Below are positions 12,088-22,739 of a DNA stretch of 64,000 bases, in pieces. A program made the position numbers and the translations under genes. Numbering within the stretch: the stretch's first letter is position 1; each line of letters opens with the position of its first letter. Origin of the DNA: Octopus sinensis. Lineage: Eukaryota. The stretch lies in the NCBI RefSeq assembly GCF_006345805.1, contig NC_042998.1, positions 148,676,001-148,740,000 of the forward strand, in the 5' to 3' direction. The notes under the pieces were generated by a model. That model was not told where the DNA came from. It saw only the letters and a list, made by a program, of their open reading frames with translations, and did not search any database.

Positions 12088-13295
12088 GGGGGGGGTAATT
12101 TATAGTATAATAACTTTATTCAATTTGCTTCAAGCCTTAGGCGATATCTTAATAGTTATGTCATTCTCCCTACTTGTGGTTTTTATAATTCTTTATAATT
12201 CTTATAAATTACTTTAATAGTTTCTTAGCCCTCTCCATAATTCAAAATTATTATAACAGGGATCTAACGTATCTACTGAACCTATATGACTTCAAATGAT
12301 TTGCTTTATTCTCAATATTAGCCTGAAATATTAGTTAATAGAAACGTTGGGACTCATGGTTTCTCTGTTTTTTGATTAGGGAATCGGTTCTGTTTTCTCC
12401 TCTCTGTTCCGGCCTTTCATCTAGTAACTTCATTAGAACTATATAACTGATCTCTCTAAATTTCGATATTTAGCTAACATAAATTCGTATCTTTATGTTG
12501 ACACCGATTATTGCCTAAAGTACATTCATTAGTCTAGTACACGCATTTATTTGTTTATGACAATATCGTCTTCTCGTCAACCACGTTGACCACTTTCTCT
12601 ATTAGATTTATACTATTCTGTTTCTGCTTAAGTATTTATATGCTATGATTATGATCATGACTATTTCTGTATATTAATTATTTTTTTCTTTACGTTTCTC
12701 TCTTTCTTTTCCCTACCGCTCCACATAAATTTCACAGCGGCCATCGCACTTCTCCGCATTTTCCCTAAGTTATTTTCTCTGAATTGTAATTAGCTGGATC
12801 TCCCTGAATTAAAGCGAATTAGTTGTGCAATAATTAACTGGAGGACTTTAATCAAGAGCAATTACGAAAACTAATAAGTAACACTGGAATCTATTAACCA
12901 TGTCACTCCTTTGATGTAACACTGTAATTTTTTTGTTGAGAACAATGTCTTCAAATATGTTCAGATTGAGTCAGATGTTATGGTGGTGCCTGATATCTGC
13001 TGATATACAAGACCGTTTTGCCTGTACCAGCCTTTATGAGTGATGACACTAAGTTTAATGACACCTTTAAAATGTATGTGCCTTTTAACTATTCTGTAAC
13101 TTACAACTTCATTCTGCTGTCGCTCCCTCGTGATTGACAGATTGTAATGCTACTCAATTTAGATTTCTTAAATGTTGGTAACTCTAATTCGAAATTTGAC
13201 TCGTTGATTACTCAGTATACTACTGCTCCTTTGTACATTTAGTAAACCTGATGATTTGAGAGTTACGTAATGTATTACGTAGTTTTGTGGATTAA

Positions 13296-13873
13296 CCATA
13301 CAGCCGGTTCTCTCCCTCTTTCTCTCATATTCTCTCTTTTCTCTCTCTCTCTCTTTAAGTATCCAAACACGCACAGTCACACACATATATGCAGTCTATT
13401 ATTTATCTATGTTCATAACATATCAGTTACTATCTGTCGATCGAACCCTAACATATACCTAACTGTGTGTATGTATGTATGTATATATACATATACATAC
13501 ATACATACACACACATATGTATATGTATGAAGTGCCAACACATGAAACTCAGACTTTGGGTCACTGTTACTTCTTCAAAATATTAATATATATATATGTG
13601 TGTGTGTGAGTGTGTGTGTATGTACGAACGTATATGGATACATAAATTGATAGGTAGGGATACAGACAGGATGTAGACAGATGGATAGGTAGGCAAGATG
13701 GATAGAGAAGTAGGTGGTCTGAATGATCGATCGACAGATAATAACTGATATGTTATGAACATAGATAAATAATAGACTGCATATATGTGTGTGACTGTGC
13801 GTGTTTGGATACTTAAAGAGAGAGAGAGAAAAGAGAGAATATGAAAGAAAGAGGGAGATAACCGGCTGTATGG
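13296..13873. mobile_element. piggyBac-type MITE with ~150-bp TIRs
   Basis: TTAA at 13292-13295 and 13874-13877; CCATACAGCCGG...CCGGCTGTATGG termini; arms 13296-13444 and 13727-13873 are near-perfect reverse complements. Confidence 0.85.
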
Positions 13874-15599
13874 TTAATTTTATTGAGCCTATTCAATCGT
13901 AGAGATAAAGATGGACAAAATTTAAATTGCAAACTTGAAATCACAAATGAGTGTGGAGACTACGAATACAATCTCTCACACACCAACGCGCGCGCGCACA
14001 CACACACAGACACTCACACAATTATGTGGTGTCGAGTGTATTGCGATATGACAAAGGCTCATAAATATGAAGACACATTTTGCATTCGAAATACATCTAC
14101 TGATTCTTTGTCTCAGTCTATCGACCAATCATTCTGTCACTTACTCATTCACTCACTCACTCTCTCACTCACTCACTCATTCACTCACTTACTCACTCAC
14201 TCACTCAATCAGTCAATCAACACTCAATCTTTCTATCCATTTTTCTGTAGCTATTATAGATACCGCCCCACAAAAATGTATTATGGGTCGACACCTCCAG
14301 GTGGATAGGAACTGGAACGAGGTTACAAGCATGACCAGTCTACATAGAAATTGGCTGAGAGGAAGTTATTCTTGAAATATCGGGCAGAGTTGGCAAACGC
14401 ATATGTCACCTTTGTTATGTATTTCTGCTTGATCATTATGCTTTGCTTCAGTTCTCGTCTGACCAGGTCGGAATATCTATTCTTTCGCCTTTTGTAGAAT
14501 CGACACATTAAACTAGTCGAGTGCTTTATCTAATCTGAACATTTTCTGTACATAGTGCTCTGTATGCCGTGCTTCTTGATGCTCAGACATTCGCTGTGAC
14601 TGCGGCATCTTCAGCGACTCCTATACGGTGGGGAATCGTGTTGCTTTTCTCAAGCATTTCTTTACACTGTTCATCTCACGAGTTACTGATCTGGGTTAAG
14701 CGAAAACCAAGACTGGGCACTGAGCATCAAGAATCTTGTTGGTGCTCACAGCCCTCTTCAGCCAAGCGATACGCTGGGTGGAACTTACAAATGGTGTACT
14801 TTAGAGGCTAAGTGGTGAAAAGTGGCAATGAGGTTCTAGAGGAACTTTCGACGCAGAAACTATGGACAACTTCTAGAAATCCCTGCTCTGATAGTGCTAC
14901 CAAAATGTATTGCCAGTTCGAGACAAACACTACACGCGCAGGAATACTTTCTGCTGCACTTATCCGAGATGTGCGCATTGACGAAACCGTTTTGCAGACA
15001 CTCGTTCTGTGACCGAACATTAGTAATTTGTAGAAATCTTTCCGACAGCTGCTGTCTCGTGTAGGTCAAATCTCGCTATTATTTGAGACCATCGTGACGA
15101 TCGACCCGCTGCCTTAATTTGACTGAGAAGCATGGTAGTTCTTTTTGGTAGTTATAGCGAAAGAAGGTTTTGGTAGACGAGACAGAAAGGACTGAAGACA
15201 GACACTTTTCCCTTCAGCCAACTTTTCATTAATTTTTCACTTAGAAAAAAAGTGACGGTGGAGTGGGAAGTACTTTACACCCCGTGTAAAGTTTTTTGAA
15301 AGGAAGGTGGGAATAATAAACATTTGTATATGTGAAGGCGTCTATTCTGAGCATGCATCTGTAAGAATGAGAACGGTAAGTGAGACAGCATTTACTCTTG
15401 ATAGTGAGGTTTTATTGGGTTTCTATGTCTCTCAGGAGCTATTTCCTATTAAGGAATGTTTCTTCCTGAAATTTTGTTGATGTTTTTGTTACATATCTTC
15501 CACGTCATTCCGTGTCCCCTGCCATTTTTATATTTAGCTTTTGTGTACTAACTTTGTCTCATGGATCCCTTCTGGATAATAAAAAAATCTTATTCGGAT

Positions 15600-15899
15600 T
15601 ATTATTTTCATTATTACTGTGAAAGACACCCGGATAGTTCTTAATTACCGGTTATTCTTTACTTGAAAGCAGGCACTAACAAATCACCAAAGGTTTCAAG
15701 TAGTGCCTTCTCCTGTGACTCAAAGAGACAGTTCTCTCCTTAGAATGCGAAATGTACCCAGCAATGCTGTTTTTTGGATCACCCCGAGCCTGACAGAAGC
15801 TCCAATATTCTTAATATGATTTTCAAGGCACTTGCTAACTGCTCCTAATACTCCAATTACCACCGGCATCATCATTACTTTCTTCAATCACCATAACTT
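15600..15899 (-). mobile_element. R4/Dong-like retrotransposon 3' end (lineage B)
   Basis: Translation KLW*LKKVMMMPVVIGVLGAVSKCLENHIKNIGASVRLGVIQKTALLGTFRILRRELSL* is an RLE C-terminus, followed by a 3'UTR and TAA-rich tail. Confidence 0.8.
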
Positions 15900-15923
15900 T
15901 TATTATTATTATTATTATTATTA

Positions 15924-15980
<57 letters not shown>

Positions 15981-15982
15981 CA
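15900..15982. repeat. (ATT)n array, tail of the adjacent lineage A element
   Basis: Direct reading. Confidence 0.95.
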
Positions 15983-16205
15983 TCATTCAGTAGTTTTATT
16001 TTTATAACGTGTTTTCACTTCACTACCGAGCGCAGCGCTGTGTGCCTTGGGTATGCGCTGTGATTTGTTGTGATACTCTGATGGTTACTGTATTGAAAGT
16101 GTTCTGCGTAGGATGTGTGCAGTGCCTAGTAGTGCAATTTTCTGTATGCTATATGTGTTTGTAAGTCCTGGTGTTTTTGTTATGTATTTGTCTGAATATT
16201 TATTT
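15983..16205 (-). mobile_element. R4/Dong-like retrotransposon 3' end (lineage A), heavily 5'-truncated
   Basis: Near-identical to the 3' ends at ~22745-22960 and ~28322-28540; encodes YITKTPGLTNIYSIQKIALLGTAHILR. Confidence 0.9.
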
Positions 16206-16207
16206 TA

Positions 16208-16400
16208 GGTTCTCTTGGAGCGAACGTAGCCCTTCTCTCCACACTTGACGCATCGGGGCCTACGTCCCTCCACGGCCACTCGCATTGATAGCCCCTTCTC
16301 TACAAATACCCTATTGGGTAAATTTTCTAGGATTTCGCAGCTTGGACCACCATTTCCAGTGTCTGGCCTTTCCAGTTTATTGCGTCTTTTTTTTCCATCT
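16208..16400 (-). pseudogene. L1/Tx1-like ORF1 fragment with zinc-knuckle remnant
   Basis: ORF 16205..16453 contains LPNRVFVEKGLSMRVAVEGRRPRCVKCGEKGYVRSK, a CxxCxxxGH-type knuckle with H changed to Y. Confidence 0.55.
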
Positions 16401-17011
16401 GAAAGATTGACATCTCCTCCTCCACGTCGTAAATCACTGCTGCTGCTACCCACATAACTTCATATCCTGCTGGGATTTGCAGTTCTGCGTCCCAAGTATG
16501 TGGGTAGCAGCATTATCTCCTCATTCTTTAGTATCCTTGTTGACACCTCCTTGGCTATGTAAGCCGAATGGAACTGCGCTTCGACAGTCACACGTAGCAT
16601 ATCTTATTCCATATTGGTGCCATGCACATCTCCACTGCTTGATTTTTGCTTCCATTATTCACTTTTCCTTCAGGTTGTAAATATTATATACCACGGTTCT
16701 AGCATTAATTACTTGTACCGTTTCATCAGGCAGCAACAGTTTAGTCTCGCCTCCACTTTCTTGGTTAAATTTTAGAACTAGAACAGTTGTTCCATTTTCA
16801 TTTCTAACTCAGTCACATTTCTGCTCTCTGCGACCGAGAAACTTGGTTTTTCCTGTATTTCCTCAATATTACTTGTTAATCCTTTTCTCATCGCAGGAAA
16901 ATCCTTTCGGGATGCAATGTTAAATTCCATCACAAAAACTTTTAAAAATTATGTCACAAATGACAAATTCAGAAAAAATTAACCCAGCAACAGGTTTAAC
17001 AAAAGGTTCAA

Positions 17012-17367
17012 TACTCTTTACTCTCTTTTACTCTTTTACTTTTTTCAGTCATGTGATTGTGGCCATGCTGAAGCACCGCCTTTAGTCGAGCAAATCGACC
17101 CCAGGACTTATTCTTTGTAAGCTTAGTACTTATTCTATCGGTTTCTTTTGCCGAACCGCTAAGTTACGGAGACGTAAACACACCAGCATGGGTTGTCAAG
17201 CGATGTTGGGGGGGACAAACACTGACACACAAACGTATACACACATACATATATATTTACATATATACGACGGACATACTTTCAGTTTTCGTCTATCACA
17301 TCCACTCTTAAGGCTTTGGTTGACCCGAGGCTATAGTAGAAGACAATTGCCCAAGGTGCCACGCAGT
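17012..17367 (-). mobile_element. SINE family A, head truncated
   Basis: Reverse complement of the body and repeated TAAAAGAG tail; homology stops at CTGCGTGGCACC. Confidence 0.9.
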
Positions 17368-17714
17368 TTTTTTTCTTTCAAAATAATTATCCAACAGAAT
17401 TTTCTGTCTCGTAGAACGAAAATTACTGTTTCTCGACATACAACAGTTCAAATAACAACAAGTATTCAAAATACAACACAAAAATGACGTACAAAACACA
17501 CATAAACGAACTGACATAACATTTGGTAGTAGTAAAATGTCACTCACGACGCCAAATATTGTTCGGCTAGAGGTGAATCTTTTATTACGATAATATATAT
17601 CGAGTACAGAAGGGACATAGGACAATACAAACAAAAATGTTACTATGAGTTCAAATGAGCCTTACATTTTAAAAATTGGGGATAAAATATATATATATAT
17701 ATACAATATATGTT

Positions 17715-18200
17715 AACCTTTTTTTATTTCAAAGAGGGGATACACCCGGCAGCCTGAAAGGCCCAGCGGCTATTCTTTATTTTTCCGATGATGATTAAGT
17801 CCGGTTACTATCTCACCTTTCTCATCCCAGCCTTCCATCGTTTCTCGAACATAAGTCTCGATAAAAACCTGACTGCCTACAATCTTTAGGAGCATAGACA
17901 GCTACCAACCTCAAGGACTGTTTACTCTCGTGGGTCACCGCTAGGACGACCAGCCTACCTTCTGGGTCCAGAAAGACTGTACTTACCTGTAAGTCCAAGG
18001 TCTTCCTGAGGAGGACCCCCTCGTCCTCGTAGGCTAAGAGAAATAAAATGTTCATAGCTATATAGTAGAGGCGAGAACGCTTATAGTCCACTCATCCTGG
18101 ACTCAGTTACAACGGCCACACCTATATCCGTGATCTGAGGTCGTCCAGGAAACAAGCTTATTTCTTTTTCGACCCCAGCCCACGCACATGTCTCCTGGGC
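17715..18200 (-). pseudogene. L1/Tx1-clade ORF2 APE endonuclease fragment joined to a poly(A)-like 3' end
   Basis: NVRGLGSKKK...FLDDLRS...VAVVTES and GVLLRKTLDLQVSTVFLDPEGRLVVLAV...LRLVAVYAP are APE motifs; ...GTATCCCCTCTTTGAAATAAAAAAAA at ~17745-17718. Confidence 0.7.
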
Positions 18201-18239
18201 CTAAATTACAGCAACATTCGTCCTAAACCAGAACTGCCA

Positions 18240-18790
18240 TGTTATGTTGGCAAACAATCTTTACTGTTTATTCTTTCTTCTTCATCTTGATTCATGTTTG
18301 TGAGTGCATCACATTTTCTAACAGCAGTAAGCAAGGATTCACTCTGCTGTTTAATATACCACCCCAGACTTTTCTTTTCATTGACAACACATGTCTTGCA
18401 TCCTCTAAAGCCTCTTCCTCCCTTGTTACTAGGCACATACAACCTGTCATTATCGCTTTTTGAGTTATAGTTCCTTGTTAACTGCCATCACATTTCTGTT
18501 TTTTGGTTTTTCTGTCCATTTCCTCAAGCCGGTTCTTTGCCCACCCAACAATACATTCGCCGTATCGCATTAAAGAAACATCTCATGTGTTCGTTGCCCT
18601 GATTTTGCTTTTTCCATTGAGCCTACTTCCCATAATTAATTTGGTTCTTCTAAGATATTCTTGCCTAATGCTTTCCTTCATATCACTTTACTTGATTTTG
18701 TCGTATTTCAAGATATCCAGATACTTATATCCATCAGTTTCAATATTCCTGATTTCCTCACCGTTGCGTAGTTCTACACCATCAGATGAC
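18240..18790 (-). pseudogene. R4/Dong-like RT/thumb fragment (lineage B)
   Basis: YKYL...IRQEYLRRTKLIMGSRLNG...EEMDRKT and YVPSNKGGRG...SLGWYIK; stops present. Confidence 0.8.
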
Positions 18791-18804
18791 ACTACTTTGC
18801 TTTT

Positions 18805-19113
<309 letters not shown>

Positions 19114-19116
19114 TAA

Positions 19117-19318
19117 GGCAGTGAACTGACAGAATCGCTAGCACGCTGGGCAAATTGCTTAGCGGCATTTCGCCCGTCTTTGCGTTTTAAGTTCAAATTC
19201 CGTCGACGTCGACTTTGCCTTTCATTCTTTCGGGGTCGATAAAATAGGTACCAGTTGAACAACTGGGGGTCGATATAATTGACTCATCCTCACCTCCCCC
19301 AGCTGCCTTGTGGCAAAA

Positions 19319-19320
<2 letters not shown>
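19117..19320 (+). mobile_element. SINE family B
   Basis: GGCAGTGAACTGACAGAATCGCTAGCACG...GTTCAAATTCCGTCGACGTCGACTTTGCCTTTCATTCTTTCGGGGTCGATAAAA; flanked by ATT arrays. Confidence 0.85.
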
Positions 19321-19373
<53 letters not shown>

Positions 19374-21225
19374 AATATTTTGAAAACATATCTGAAGATG
19401 AAAGAAGAAAGGAAAAGCGAAGGAAGTAATAAAGTAAAGAAGTAACATAGACCGACCAATGTTTTGTTGTTGTAGATTTTGGTAACAGCATAGTAAGGGT
19501 GAATAACTTCACCAAGTAAAAGTAGTTGGTGATCAAAATAGTTTCGTCAGACGAGGGAAAACTAGTCCGTGGTATTTTTTGGAGAGAAATGTAGAGTAGT
19601 TTGGGGAGTAAATATAGAAAATGTGGCAAGAAAATAAAAGACAGATAAAAATAATCTTAAACTCTAGCTGAGTGTGGCATTGTTTGTCAATGTATTCAAC
19701 TAGTCTCCAGAGCGATCTTTGTCGAATATGAAATGAATTGAATTGAAGGGAATGGAAAGAGAAATTACGAAAGAATCCATAGAAAGGAGAAAATGAACAG
19801 CACTAGGCGTCAGAGTGAGAGAGGAGAATAGAGAGAGAAAGGAGTAGCGAGAGAGAGAGAGAAAGAAGAGTATAGCGAGTGTATGGATGTGTGGGGAATT
19901 AGGGTTGAAAAGAAGGACGAAAATTGACAACAGAAAATAAAAGGAAAGCGGGAGTAAAAATTCTATAACATTAAGGAAGATATAACAAAACTGGTGTTGG
20001 GGGAAGGACACAGATAGAAAGAGGGAGGGAGGGGGGATAAGAAGGTAGAGAGAGTGGAAGAGAGAGGGAGAAAGAAATAATGTTGTAGGGATTCGGAAGA
20101 ATGGGGGAAATAAATAAATAAAGAAGTAAAAGTATGAAGAAAGAGAATGAATTTTAAGGAGGAAAAAATGAAAGGAAGAAGTTGAGAAATGTTAGGTGTT
20201 AGATGTGTGAAAGAAAGAAGAATGAAAGAAATGAAAATATAATAGATGAATGAATGAAGGAAGGCGAGCAGAAACGGACGCAGGAATAGATACAGAAAAT
20301 ATCTAAAAATGTAATAGTGAAAATGGAATGAAAAAATTAAATTAATAAAGAATGAGAAGGAAGTCAGAAAGAAAATATATACTAGGGATGAGAGGGAGGA
20401 GGTGGAGTAGGAGGAGAAGTAAAAGCTGAAGGAACAAAAAGGAAGGAAGGAAGGATGGAAAGAAGGAAAAAAAAGAGTTACAAGCACCACAGAAGGTAGA
20501 AAAAATGAGGAAGAAAATTAGAAAAGAAAACTAGAGAAAAACGAAATGGCACGGAAGCAGAAATAAAAGAAAGCGAAAAAAGAAATGAGAAAAGAAAAAC
20601 GAAAGATGAAAAGTTTTAGAAAAATATAAGGGAAAGAAAATGAAGGTTGGTTAAGTTGTAATTACTTGCCTCACATGACGTCATGTTGCTATGCATGACG
20701 GGAAATAAAGAGAGGTGGCTATTCACTTCTGTCTGTTATATTTGGTAACGTTTAGCTTGGCTGAAAACAAGAAATAAAGACAATGGCAGTGAAAAGGTAA
20801 CAAAACAAGAAATGAAATAAGATGAAATAAAATAAGGAAAAAGGAAGAAAGGGTGAGAAGAAGGAAGGAAGGAAGGAAGGAAGAACTGGTGGACGAAATG
20901 AAAGTTTAACAGAAATACATGCAGAATAGCAATAGCAACATTGAAACTGCTTTGGGAGAACCAGATGCGGAGGCGAAAGAAATGATTTATTACTATTAGT
21001 ATAAAGGCGGTGAACTAGGTGCATAGTGAGCGTGAGATCGATAAAATAAAGTAACATCCAAGTACTAGGCTCATTTAATCGACTCTGCACCAAAATTGCT
21101 GGCATTGTACCAACATTCGAAAGTATTATTATTATCATTGTTTACGAAACATCACTTGTCCCTTGTGTTGTATTGTCCCAATGTGTTTTGTGTTCGACCC
21201 TTGTGGCCAAAAAAGAAAACATTGT

Positions 21226-21276
<51 letters not shown>

Positions 21277-21344
21277 CACTACTATTACTATTATTATTAT
21301 TATTGTTATTATTATTATTATTATTATCATTATTATTATTATTA

Positions 21345-21536
21345 GGCGCAGGAGTGGCTATGTGGTAAGTAGCTTGTTTACCAACCACATGGTTCCGGGT
21401 TCAGTCCCATTGCGTGGCACCTAGGGCAAGTGTATTCTACTATAGCCTCGGGCCGACCAAAGCCTTGTGAGTGAATTTGGTAGACGGAAACTGAAAGAAG
21501 CCCGTCGTATATATGTATATATATATATATATATAT
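21345..21536 (+). mobile_element. SINE family A, 5' half (split by an insertion)
   Basis: GGCGCAGGAGTGGCTATGTGGTAAG (A box) ... GGTTCAGTCCC (B box) ... GAAAGAAGCCCGTCG(TA)n; the 3' half resumes at 22495. Confidence 0.93.
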
Positions 21537-22057
21537 GAATAAATGAAAGAATGGAGTCGAACGAAGATTTTAACAAAATTCCTTTACTCTCAACACATGT
21601 TTCGAAGACTGCATACTCTTAATTCCGAAGGAATAAAGGGTGCATTATGCCGTCTTCTCATCAGGAAAGACAAGGAACCTCTGTCAGCCTCAAGACGAAC
21701 AAAAACTTTTTGATGACTGCCTACTTTCAAGCTGGATTGGTCCATATTGTCTGTATCCTTTCCTTTTGATAAGGGCAGGAAATATTGTGGCATTTGTAAT
21801 TGTGAACTCCCCTATATCATTTTCGCCAAATTCCCCTTGGTAAACACACTAATAGAAAAATCCTATAAATGCAAGCATTGGCAGAAGCACACTTTCCACT
21901 CATATAAATAATAAATAATATAGATAACCTCTTTGGTTTTAATGATTAGTTTCACGTCTACACCACTGCTATATACAAATTCTTTCTGTCTACTCCGTTT
22001 CATGAAACATTACTACTAAATATCGTTGGCGTGTGTTTATCTCTTTCTCTCTACCTT

Positions 22058-22100
<43 letters not shown>

Positions 22101-22494
22101 TACGCACAATCAAACACACAGACACAAATTTGTCACCTCACTACTAAATATATTTGACAGTTGTTCCCCCCACACACACAATTACACACACACACACACA
22201 CGCACACACACAAATGCAGTTATATACACACACTCATACACACACATAAACAATCAAACTCATTAACAAAAACAAACACCCGGGCATCCCCATACATACA
22301 GCATACATACTGTGCCCTTCCTATTCTTAGAACTTCCTCCTTCCAACCAATTTTGACGTCGTTGCTTATAACGGATTATTTTAAAAAACACTCATTATCA
22401 CTGTGGACACCATGTAGGCAGTCATCAAAAAGTTTTTGTTCGTCTTGAGGCTGACAGAGGTTCCTTGTCTTTCCTGATGAGAAGACGGCATAAT
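21537..22494 (-). mobile_element. Non-autonomous Penelope-like insertion with hammerhead and inverted partial terminal copy
   Basis: Interrupts the SINE-A microsatellite; 81-bp perfect inverted repeat (21644-21724 / 22414-22494); hammerhead near its 3' end; no RT or GIY-YIG ORF recognised. Confidence 0.65.
21577..21680 (-). ncRNA. Type I hammerhead ribozyme (predicted) with extended stem II
   Basis: Minus strand UUCCUUGUCUUUC-CUGAUGA-GAAGAC(G)GCAUA...UAUGC(A)GUCUUC-GAAA-C-AUGU-GU-U-GAGAGUAAAGGAA. All core nucleotides present; stem I 5+6 bp; predicted cleavage after GUU between 21592 and 21591. Confidence 0.8.
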
Positions 22495-22733
22495 ACACAT
22501 ATGCGTGTGTGTGTTTGTGTGTCTGTGTTTGTCCCCTTAGCATTGCATGACAACCGATGCTGGTGTGTTTATGTCCCCGTTACTTAGCGGTTCGGCAAGA
22601 GAGATCGATAGAATAAGTACTGGACTTACAAAAGAATAAGTCCCGGGGTCGAGTTGCTCGATTAAAGGCGGTGCTCCAGCATGGCCGCAGTCAAATGACT
22701 GAAACAAGTAAAAGAGTAAAAGAGAGTAAGAGT
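22495..22733 (+). mobile_element. SINE family A, 3' half
   Basis: GTGTTTGTCCCC...GGTTCGGC...GGCGGTGCTCCAGCATGGCCGCAGTCAAATGACTGAAACAAGTAAAAGAG. Confidence 0.93.
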
Positions 22734-22739
22734 ATTGTT

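Noticed and set aside
13008-13042. Reverse hammerhead-like ACCGTTTTGCC...CCTTTATGAG
   Set aside because: About four substitutions in core and stem are needed; not distinguishable from chance.
14400-15100. GC-richer, coding-like stretch
   Set aside because: Multiple stops in the frames I translated and no motif I can name; possibly an old transposon.
16680-16735. CTGATGA with ACGGT/ACCGT stem on the minus strand
   Set aside because: No GAAA after the stem (reads GGTA) and no stem I.
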